A stretch of 64,000 nucleotides of DNA from Phaeosaccion multiseriatum (lineage: Eukaryota; Protista; Ochrophyta, other classes): positions 1,240,001 through 1,304,000 of the forward strand of contig OZ218957.1 in NCBI GenBank assembly GCA_965112735.1. The letters are read 5' to 3'. Made by a program: the position numbers and the translations under genes. Positions 38,809-49,511 of the stretch are shown piece after piece. Under the pieces are notes generated by a model that saw only the letters and a program-made list of their open reading frames with translations, had not been told where the DNA came from and did not search any database. Each line of letters starts with the position of its first letter. Position 1 is the first letter of the stretch.

Positions 38809-41800
38809 ATGGCGGCTTTCAAAGCTTCCCCCCTGGTGGGCTTCAAGACCACGGAGAAGGTAGGGCATTGGGGAGCACAAACAAGTGGTGCCTGAAGCAG
38901 AAGCTTATTTCTCTGTCTCACCCGCGCAGGTCAGCAGCATGGCCGTGATTAGCGCAGGAGAGCGTCTGTTCGTGGGGAACGAGAAAGGGGGGCTTGCCGT
39001 CTACGAGTGTCGCAGCGACAGCATTGCTGCCGTAAAGGTTGGTGGACCCCAGAGAGGAGGTACACGACCTGCTTTGGTGCTTTTAACCCGCCTCCTCCCT
39101 CCCGCATGACCCTTAGGCGGGGTCCTTTGAGTGCCACTTGGTGGATACCATATGCAAGGGTGGCGGTACCAACGACAGCAGCAGCAGCGGTGGCGCTTCT
39201 GGCGCTGTCCGGCAATTGCTTGGTGTGGAGGAGTGGAGGGCTCTCTTGGCGTTGGTGGGGGGGCAGCTCAAATGCTATGACCTGCATACCTACCGGCCGC
39301 TGTTCACCGTGGGGGAGAGTCGAGGGGTCACTTGCTTCTGCGTGCACCCCGCAGAGAGAGTGCTGTACGTGGCCGTGAAGAGGCGGTTGCAGGTCTACAC
39401 GTGGCAGGTACCGTATCTTTGGTTTGCATGGGCGAAGGCGCACTCAACGAGGCAAGCGCGGCTCTTCTCAGTGTAGCGCTCCGTCCCAACGTCTCTCCTC
39501 AGGCCGTGTCTGTTCTGCTGAAGCGAGAATTCTTCCTCCCCGACGTGCCGCGAGCCATGTGTGTCTCCCCTTTGTCTCAGGGTAAGGTGCTGCTGTGTGT
39601 TGGGAGTTGGAAATGATTTGTTTCTCAGGCTTCTTTCTCCCATCATTTTCCCAATAGGCACGCAGGGACAAGGAATAGGGCAGGGGCAGGACGGCAACCT
39701 CATTGTGGCCTTTCCAAATGAGTACTCCATCATGGACACTTGCACGGGCAACGTCACCTCACTACTGCGAGTCGGGGAGGGAGGAGGCAAGGACACCAAA
39801 AAGAGTGGGGGAAAGCCCTTTTCCATCACTGGCAGCTTGGTCGGGGGCAGTACTGCGACCGGAGAAGGCGACGACGGAGCGGGGTCCACACCAGTGTTAC
39901 TCCCGGTGAGGGAGGGCTTGCCTTCATTGCCTACCAGAGAGAGGAAGAGAGACCAGGGAATGAACAGTGCACCCCCCCTCTCTCCCTCTCCCTCTCGCCT
40001 CAGATGGCAGCGTCTGCGGTGCGTGGCCCCCGTGTGCTCCTCTCCACGGGCTGTCGTGGGGTGCTGGCGGACGTGTCGGGGAGAGAGCAGCAGGAGCGCC
40101 TGTTGTGGGCCAGCCCCCCCCTCGCAGTGACTGTGTCGGGGCCGTACCTGCTGGCCCTGTTGCCTAACCAGGTGGGTGGTTGTGGGTAGGTGGGCAAGCA
40201 TGGAGCGGCTTGACCCATCTCATCCATCTCCACATCCCTTGACAGGTGGACGTCCACAACCTCTCCACTCTGGCGCCAGTGCAAAGCTTGGAGCTGCCGG
40301 GCAGCACCACCATGGCCAGCTGCCAGGCGGGGGGCAGCAGAGGACAGGTGACCTTCTTGTGCGCCAGCAGGCTCACGCTCCTCAAGATGGTGCCCCTCGA
40401 GTTTCAGGTACACGCACTTGTCTTCTTGTCGTGTCTTGTCTGTGGGGGGGAGGTGAAGGACAGACTACCCACCGTAGAAAGAAAGCGACTCGTAAAAAGC
40501 GGATAGCCTAATTACTCTCCCCCACCCCCCTCCCCTTCCCCTCCGTCACCATCAGGTGGAGACTTTTGTGGAGAAGGGCAAGTACGAGGACGCTCTGAGC
40601 CTGTGCTTTGTGGCCAGGGAGCTGCTCGGCGGGGTGGACGTGCAGAGTATCCACGAGCGGTACGCCTTCGAGCTCTTCTCGTGGGGCGATTACGAGGCCG
40701 CTGTGGAGCACTTCCTGCTAGCGGACGTGCCCATCGCGTGAGTGCGTGCGTGGGTGGGTCGGAGCCATAGGCTCAAAGACACTTTGGCACCTTGTCTTGC
40801 CCTGTCTCTCCATCTGCAGAGGCGGTACTAAGCACACGCTCCTCAGTTTATCAAGCTGACCTTTTACCTTTGTGACTTTTGGTTCCTCTTCCCCCCCTTG
40901 CCATTCTCAGGCATGTGGTGAGTTTGTTTCCCTCTCTCATTCCTCCCAACTGCACCGTCCGAGGCCACGGGGGAGGCGGCGCGGAGGACTCATCTCGGCC
41001 TTTGATTGGAGCCAATTTGAGCAGAGCGGCGAGAGCCTTGGCCAGATACCTGGAGAAGGTGAGGTGGAGGGGGGGGAAAGGGAGGGGGGGAGTGGGGGGC
41101 TTCTCTGCTTGCACACGCGCAAGTCTGACGAAGGAAGTACTGCTGCTACCCGCGGAACAGAGGAGAGCAAGCGTGGTGGAGGCTGCCAACCGACAGGAGA
41201 ACAGCAGCGCTGCGGATAAGAGGGGCTGGGTGGTGGAGGAGGACGAGGACGAGGAAGCGGATGACTCACTCCAGACCGCGCAGCTCTTAGACACGATGTT
41301 GCTGTCGTGCCGTCTGCTTTGCAGGTATGTATGTGTCTCATTGAATTACGATTGCGGATGGATGACGTGTCGAGTGTTGCCGGGGGTGGTGCCTGCGGGG
41401 TATGATATTCACGCAAAGATTACAACTTGTCTCTCTCAACAGTCCCCCTCGCCGTGACGCCTTGGTGGAGCTGCTGAGCGGGGAGGATTGCCGCTGCCTT
41501 GTGGAGTGCTGTGCTCCTCAATTGGCGGCTGGAGGTCGCCCCTTCGTGGAAGCGTTATTGTGGCTGTATAGAGGACGGGGGGACCACAAAGAGTTAAGTC
41601 CGTCTTGGGGTTTGGTTTGGTTTGGCTTGGTTTGTTTTTGCGTTTTTGCGTCTTCCTTACCTAACCCACGCACACACTCACGCGCCAGAGCACTAGGGCT
41701 CTTGACGGAGGAGCGCTGCTGTGGAAGTGCAGCGGAGCGAGCCGACGGGCCCGCAAGGGGGGGGGGCTGGAGCAAGGCCCAGTTCTACCAGTGGACGGCG

Positions 41801-44070
41801 GACTACTTGAGAGATTTGTGGGCTTCGAATGACGCCTCCGCACACCAGCTCGTGCTGGGCGCTGTTCGGCCCGTGCTGGAGGCAGACCCAGCCTTGGGCC
41901 TGAGTGTGTTTCGGCCGAAACCGAAAGCCTCCTCCAGCAGCAGCAGAGAGCCCCCCTCCGCACCGAAAGGGGTGTCTGTAGAAGAAGTCATTGGCCTCCT
42001 CAAGGGCGTTTCTTGCTCCAATTGGCAAGAGGATGTGGGGCGAGAGGGCGGGGACTTGCCCCTAAGCAGCGGCCGGGCCTTGGCGATTGCTTTCTTGGAG
42101 AGCCTGGTGGCCCGAGAGGAGCCCTCCACGCCAACAGGCGTCGGGGAAGGAGAAGAGCAAGAGCAAGAACAAGGAGCAGGCGGTGGAGGAGGCGGGGGGG
42201 GGGGGGGAGCCCGGGGGGGAGGAGGAGGAGGAGGAGGAGGAGGGGCAGAGAGTAGCAGTAAAAGCTCGCAGGTCCACGACGAGCTGGCGTACCTGCTGAT
42301 GGAGGGCTTGCTCGTGGAGCTCGAAGCAGAAGCTGTGCAGCACTCTGAAGAAGACAAGAAGGACAAGAAGGACACCAACAGGAGGAGGGACAACAACGTT
42401 TCACCGCTGAGCCTCGTATACCGCGACAGGCTGCAGGCCTTCTTGCGGACGAGTGAACAATACAACCCTGCCCGCCTTCTCGCGGTGTTACCCAACACGT
42501 TCCTGCAAGAGCACGCCTTGCTCCTCAGCCGCTTGGGTCGGCATGGCGAGGTGTTGAGAATATACGTTCGCCAATTGAAGGACGAGGCGTTGGCAGAGGC
42601 GCACTGCGACAGGATCTGGAGGCAGGCCATGGACCGCAAGGAGCGGCAGGGCTCAAGCAGCATCAACAGCAGCAGCAGCAGCAGCAGCAGCAGTGGTGGC
42701 AAAGGGGCCATGGGGGGCGAAGCGCACATTTTCCCCGATGAGGACGTGTACCTCTGCCTGCTCGATGTGTACTTGTCGGACGTAGTAGACGTGTCAGACC
42801 TGTCGGGCGAGTCTGACAAGGGCGGGGCCGAGGGAGGGGATGGGCTGGCCTCCGCACTGTCCCTGCTCGAGCGCTATCACGACCGCGTGGACGCCACCAT
42901 GGCTCTGAGTCTCTTGCCCGCGGCCCTCCCTCTTGCTCGTGTGGAGCCCTTCCTCCGCAGAGCCTTGCGCCACTGGGACGCCACGCAGCGTCACTCCATG
43001 CTCGTCCACCAGCTGAGTAGAGCGGACTTTGTCAACGCCAAGTACGAGCTCATTAGGCTGGAGAGCAGAGCCAGCATGTTGCCGGAGCTGGCGCTGTCGT
43101 CCGCCGGCCTGGGGAGGCTCTTGAGGAGCTGCCCTCGGGTGAGGGCCTGTCTGTCAGTCTGTCTGTCTATCCATCTGTCCGTCGAGAGTGTCGCTTCCTT
43201 CAGCCTTCAGCATCACAACCACAAGGAGGCTGTTTCCCCCTTCTTTCGCCTTCTTGCTGTGCTTGAGCTTTGACTATGCGCCTGCCTGCCTGCCTGCCTG
43301 TCGGCCTGCCTACCTACCTACCTACCTACCTGCCTGCCTGCCTGCCTGCCTGCGTGCTTGTCTACCTGCCTGCCTGCCTGGCCCCAACGCCTCTACCCCC
43401 TCCCCCCCCCCCCTCCATCCTCTGCAGGTTGAACTGACGGAGCCGTTGAGCGGGGCCGAGTACAGCGTGGGCTGCATCAAGCACATCTTCGCGGCTCACG
43501 TGGTGCTGCAATTCGTAGTCACCAAGTAAGTTGCGTTACGTGTCTTGTGTGCATTTGTGTTTTTGTGTGTTGCGTGTGTTGCGTGTGTGCGTGTGTACGT
43601 ACGTTTGTGTGCGTTCGTGTGTGTCCGCGTGCGTGTGTGCGAAGCTCTACCCACCCGTACCCCATACCCATTCCCCCATGCCCTGCCCCACCCCCCCTGC
43701 CCCATCCCCCGTCCTCCCCTCCCACCCGCTGTCCATCCTTGCAAGCATCCTGCCCGATCAGCGCCTGGTGAATGTCCGCGTGCGTGTAGAGGGCAACGAC
43801 GCCGACCTCTATCTCGTCAAGGCGGAGCGGCCTCTGCCCGCAGTCCCCCCGGGGGGCACCGGGTCCTGCTACTCTGTACTGGAGCGTGCCCTGGGTCCCT
43901 CAGGAGTGGTGCCCGCTTCCTTCCAGTGCGAGTTACGCTTTGAGACCACGCAGGCGCTAGGCCTGACCAGTCCGCAGCAGCAGCGGCGGCAGCAGCGAGA
44001 GGCGGGCTGGGGCAGGGACGTGCCACTGGAGGACCTGGAGCTCTCCTCGCAGGACTTGGTCGGCGAGTAG
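38809..44070 (+). CDS. Vps39/TGFBRAP1-like HOPS/CORVET subunit (CNH + CHCR) with C-terminal gamma-COP appendage-like domain
   Basis: N-terminus 'MAAFKASPLV..ERLFVGNEKGGLAVY'; CNH 'VAVKRRLQVYTW', 'PYLLALLPNQVDVHNL', 'QVETFVEKGKYEDALSL'; CHCR 'RLQAFLRTSEQYNP..LQEHALLLSRLGRHGEVLRIYVRQLKDEALAEAHCD'; tail 'VELTEP..EYSVGCIKHIFAAHVVLQFVVTNILPDQRLVNV..LEDLEL'. Confidence 0.85.
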
Positions 44071-44247
44071 TAGGAACGAGTAGGGACAAGTAGTAGGTGC
44101 GGCGATGAGTATGCCAGACCACCATGGTACATACATATGTAAACACACAGATGTAATAGGATAGACTCTGGTTTTTAAACCCCTCTTATCTATATTATCT
44201 AATCTAAGCTAGAGGGTGAAGCGAGAGGGCGAAGAGGAGGGAGGTTC

Positions 44248-46063
44248 TTACAAGTATTCCACAGACGCGGAGAGCCTTAGCGAGAGCAAGATGCTCTGTA
44301 CAGCACCCCTCAGCTTCCGCCTGGCGTTAAACAGCTGCAGATTCTTGAGATTCTTGTCGAGACTATTCTTGGCCAGGTCCGCGTCCTGGCTACCGAGCAT
44401 CCACGGGTGGATCACGGCCTCCGCCGCGGTGATCCTCTTGCTTGGATCTACCGTGAGGAGGCGACTGATGAGGTCCTTGGCCTCCTTGCTGACTGCATCC
44501 CAATACTCCGCATGGAACTCGAAGGTGCCCGTCTTGATCTTGCGAAACAAACGCGTCTGGTCCTCGTCGTGAAAGGGTGGATACCCCCCCAGAAGGATGT
44601 ACATTATCACTCCCACACTCCACATGTCCACCGAGGCTCCGTAAGGCTCCCCCTTGACAATCTCGGGAGCGACATACCCCGGAGTACCGCACTGTGTTTT
44701 CAGCAAGCCGTTGGTGAGGCTGCGAGCAAAGCCAAAGTCCGCCAGCTTAATATTTGAATTGTCTCCGTCGCTGGCCAGCAAAAGGTTTTCGGGCTTGAGG
44801 TCCCGGTGCACAATGTTTTTATCGTGGCAGTACTTTACAGAGCTCAAGAGGATGGCACAAAGGTTCCTCGCTTCCTGGAGGGGCGCGGGGCGGGGGGGGG
44901 GGGAGGGCGTGCGTCAGCAAACCCCCCCGATAAATGATGCGCGCTCTGTCTCTCTCGGGGCCCCATTCGCTCCCCTCTCCCATCCCCTCCCTCCCCTTAC
45001 GGACCTTCTCATTGTAGCACTCCTGCTTGACGATGCGGTCGAAGAGCTCCCCTCCCTTCATGAACTCCTCAACCACGTAGATGTAATCGTCGTTGTCCTT
45101 GTAGATCTGGTACACACTGATGATGTTGGGGTGATGAAGCGAGCGCAGAATGGCCACCTCTGCGGAACATTTATCGTACAAAGCATTCCACGGCAGTGGT
45201 TGCACGGCAGTGGGGGGTGGAAAAGAGCGAGAGTCACGGGAGGGGGGGGGGGGAGACCGGGGAGGGGAAAACAAAAAAAGAGAGAGGTAGAGACGGAGAC
45301 GCATGGAGAGGCAGATGTAGAGCAAGAGAAGAGGGAAAGAGGGAGAACGAGAGAGGGAAGTGCAGAGTGAGGGACAGTGACAAAAAAGGGGATCGATCGA
45401 GAGAGGAAGAGAGGGAGACGCATAGAGAGGCAGATGTAATGGACGTGAAGAGAGAGGAGAGGGAAGCGCAGAGAGAGAGCGGCAAAAGAGCTGACAGAGA
45501 CAGAAGAGAACGAGACGTTCGAGCCATTTCTTACCTGTAAAGAGGTCCGCTTCATCTTCCTTCGGCAAACCGTCCCGCTTCATACACTTGACCGCGTACT
45601 CTTGGCCTGACAGAGAGAGCAACAGCACAGATTTGCTCAGGACCCTTCCACTCTCGGTGGTCTTTCGGGAAAGCCCCCTCCCCCCCCTATAAGGCCACAA
45701 CACACCAGAGCGGTACCTACCTGACTTTTTGTACACTCCTTTCCGCACGACGGAGTAGCCCCCCTTCCCCAGCTCATCTTCCAAGCGAAAATGCTTTTCA
45801 AAGGATGAGCCCACAAAGTTTGGAAATGGCATCGAAGGGTCTTCAGATGCCCCCGGCTGCCCCCCCGGCCCTTCTGCTTCTGGCGTCAGCTCGTCCCCTC
45901 CGAGCATTGCTTCCTGAGAGCGAGAGATATGGACGAGGGGAGTGGCGAGAAAAGACAAAAATGATGAGACAAAATGGCGGCTCATCCTGGGGCTCCCCCT
46001 CTCTACATGCCATCCTGCTTGCTCAACAAACCAGGGCAGGATGCTTACCAGGCAGGACCCCAT
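44248..46063 (-). CDS. Ca2+/calmodulin-dependent protein kinase (CaMK1-like) with N-terminal MGSC acylation motif
   Basis: ELGKGGYSVV, YAVKCM, GGELFDRIV, HRDLKPENLLL, DFGFA, CGTPGYVAPE, DMWSVG, CaM-binding 'FNARRKLRGAV'; 15-nt first exon 46063-46049. Confidence 0.92.
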
Positions 46064-46831
46064 CGTTGAGCCTCCTCTCCTCCTCTTTGACCTCTTCGAA
46101 ACGCACAAGGCGAGGGGTGCGTGCCAAGCACACAGCGCTCTGCAGCTGCGCGTGTGAGAGGCCCAGCGTATTTTTACTTTTAGGAAGGGATGGCAGTGGA
46201 CGGCGCCATTCCGATTTCTTCCTCCCCTAAAATTGACCCCTGACGCACTTGTGGAGATGCTTGGTATGTTCGAATCCGGATTGCCGCCATTTAGGGAATG
46301 CGCGCCTCATATGAACGGTTTGTCGAAATACACGCACGGAGAGAGGATACGATCCCTGTTCCTGTTCGTTATCTGGGGTGTGTGGCTGGTCCCACATCTT
46401 GGGGGGGTGGTTCAACTATCGCCGGCGTTAGCGGATTGCAAATAGCGTCAGGGGTCGACTAAAAAATCTTAAAACGGGAGAGTTCTCCCGAGGCACTCCC
46501 GTTTCCCCTCTCTTCAGCACACTAAGCTCCACATGCTTCTTAGGAGGGAAGAGGGAAGCACTCCCATGAGCGTATTCAGCGTATCGACAGCTCTCGCCTT
46601 GGACGGAACTTTTTTTTTTTTTTTTTTTTTTTCCTCCCCTCCTTTTTTCTGTCACGTGGTACATGTACATTTGGACAAATTAATTATAAGAGCTATGAAA
46701 AGCTGTATCATCCATCACCGAACCCTTCATCAGAGGGCAGGTGGACAAGAAAACAAAAAAAACACCTCTTGCCAGTCCTCCTCTCCCTCCCCCAGCAGCA
46801 GAAACAAGCAGGCGTACTAGGGTCTTGTCGT

Positions 46832-49274
46832 TTAGCACTGCTCCTCAAGCGCAATGAGCTTGTCCACGCCATCAATCATGGTCTGGATGAGCTCCACCTC
46901 GGAGAAGCCGATGCGCGCCTTGTTGGAGATGTCGAACTCGCCGTTGGGGCCGGGGGGAGAGTGCTCTCCCTTGGCGCCACGAGCCTGACAAGGTTTGGTT
47001 GTGGGAGGAAGCAGACTTTCCGAGTGAGCACATACGCGTGGACTGACTGAGTGACTGAGTGAGTGGGTGGGGGGTGGGTGGGTGAGTGACTGGCTGACTG
47101 ACTGGCTGACTGGCTGACTGGCTGACTGGCTGACTGGCTGACTGGCTGACTGGCTGACTGGCTGACGGACGGACTGACTGCTTTACTGACTGACTATTAA
47201 CTGACTGACTGACTGACTGACTGCTTGACTGATTATTGACTGACTGACTGACTGACTGACTGACTGACTGACTGACTGACTGACTGACTGACTGACTGAC
47301 TGACTGACTGACTGACTGACTGACTGACTGACTGACTGACTGACTGACTGACTGACTGACTGACTGACTGACTGACTGACTGACTGATTGATTCACCTGC
47401 ACTCCGAGGCTGTCGCAGTGCGCCTCGAGCTTGTGCACTCCCCAGGCCTTGTACAGCTTGGGCAGCTTGAGCATCACAGAGGCGCGCAGGCCGGTGCCCC
47501 TGAGAAGAAGGAAGCACGTGCATACACACACAGAGAGAGAGAGGGAGTGAAATGGTGAGTGAGGGGTATTGTGCGGCGAGGCGGCTCTCATTCAATGGGT
47601 GACACGTTCGGGCGGCCGGCAGACGCTGCTCCACGACCATTCACTCGACTCACAGGTTGGAGGGGCAGCACGTGACGTTCCCAAGGTGCTCGTCGTACAT
47701 GTACTCCATGCCCTGCCCCTTGATGGAGCCCTCCACCGCCACAATGGCGGCGGCCCAGCGGGCAAACACCTCCTTCACGTTGCCGCCCTGCTGCATGGAG
47801 ATGACGCGCATGTGATCTTCTTCGTTCACCCACACAAGGAAGTTCTTGGCCTCGTTGTGGAAGATGCCGCGTCCGTCGGGCCAGTCACGGCCGGCGCCGC
47901 AGTTGGCCAGCACGTTGCGGGGGGAGGGTTTCTGGGGTGTAGGAGAACGAAGGAGGGAGGAAGTAAGCGAAGTGCATTACCGTACTTGTGCGGTGCCCCT
48001 TCCTTCTACTGTGCCCCTTCCTCCCCCTCTCGTCTTTTGCCCTTACCTGGAACAGGAAGTGGTCATCACTGAGGAGCAAGAAAGAGAGGGGGGCAGGGAG
48101 GATGGAGGCGGCATGAGAGAGGGTGACAGGCGGGCCAAGAGAAGAAAGGCAGTGTGGCACTCACATGAGCTGCTGCTCCTCCTCGGGGGTCATGGCTACC
48201 AAAGGGTAGTACTTTCCCTTGAGCTCGCCCGTCAGACCGAACAGGCCTGTCCATCATCACATCCGTAGGGGGGGCGGTGAAGCATTTAGCGCTGGTAAGA
48301 AATGGAAGAAGAAAAAAAACCCTGTAGAGAGACTCACCAGTCTTGATGAGCGACTCGACCTTCCTGCGCTGACCGCGGTTGGTGCCGGGGGGAAGGGGCA
48401 GTCCTCGGATAGAACGGCCTGCGCGGATGCGGGTGGACACGACGTACTTGTCGAACTTCTCCGCCTGCTCCGCCGTCATCTTGATGTTGTTGGGGTCAAT
48501 GTCGATCTTGTGCTTGTCCGTGGGCTTGTATCCTGAAAGACAGACCGGAGACACAGAACAAAGGAAACCAAAAGCATCTCGTTAGGAAAGCACCAAAGCC
48601 AGAGACCTGTCTCCCACTCTCTACCATGAGCACCACACACACTCACCGTGCCATCCCTCGATGACCTTGTCGTACACCTCCTTGAAGGCCGCGTAGGACT
48701 CCTCGTCGCCGGCGACGATGCCGACCCCCAGATGAGGGGCATCGATGCCCGCCTGGATGGCCTGGTCGAAGGTGAATCCCCCCGGAGTCTTGACGTTGCA
48801 ATACTTGGAGTACAGCGAGGGGTCGTCTCTCAGCACCTTGGCCATGAGCGACTTGTGCTTGTCGGTGAGAATGGGGAAGTTGGACACAGGGTCCACGGCC
48901 TCCACCTTCTTCTCCTGGACGCCGAGGTCTGCCTCGATACCCTTGACCGTGCTGAGGATGCTCTCGAGCATGCCAGACGTGTTAGTTTCGGCCGAGACCT
49001 TCTTCTTCTGCACAGCAGTCTGTGCAGGAGGAGAGGAGAAAGCAGGAGCGAGCGAGCGAGCGATACAAGGACAGAAGAGTGGGGCGGGGTTAGTTTCGTT
49101 GACTGAGGTCTGATGCAGCCCGTGCCGGGGCAATGTTACTCTGGCACGCAATTTCTCTGCCTCCTTCCCCTCCTCTTGTCGCTTGCTTACCATGGCAGAC
49201 ACGGCTGCGACCGACAGCAAAGCAGCCGAAGCTCCGAACAGAGGCTTAGAGAACGCATTCCTGAAGGCGGCCAT
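46832..49274 (-). CDS. Phosphagen (ATP:guanido) kinase with N-terminal targeting extension
   Basis: 'KHKSLMAK', '[32 protein letters not shown]', '[10 protein letters not shown]', '[26 protein letters not shown]', 'CPSNLGTG', '[19 protein letters not shown]'. Confidence 0.95.
47040..47392. repeat. Long (TGAC)n / (TGGCTGAC)n microsatellite filling the last intron of the phosphagen kinase
   Basis: Near-perfect TGAC array at about 47237-47385, with an 8-bp variant array at about 47087-47165. Confidence 0.97.
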
Positions 49275-49511
49275 GGTTAACAGTAGAAGTGTGGGTTGTG
49301 GAGAAGTGGTTGGTGTGCAGCAGCGCCGCCTGAAATCACAAACAAAACTGCCTTCGTCCGAGATTCGAGATTCCCCGTAAATGAAACGGCACCTACAGCA
49401 AGTGGTTCACCGGCGACGTCGCCAGTGGTGATCCCAACTGCCCTGTTGGGCCCTTCGTAGCTAAATTTTTTGTTTTTCCCCAACCACGATCCCCCTTCCC
49501 ATGGTGCGGCA

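Noticed and set aside
41803-42819. Long antisense ORFs (also 52023-52958, 57984-59252, 53330-53776)
   Set aside because: Shadows of GC-rich coding exons on the other strand, with no motifs of their own.
46872-47640. ORFs with (SVSQ)n
   Set aside because: Translation of the intronic TGAC microsatellite.
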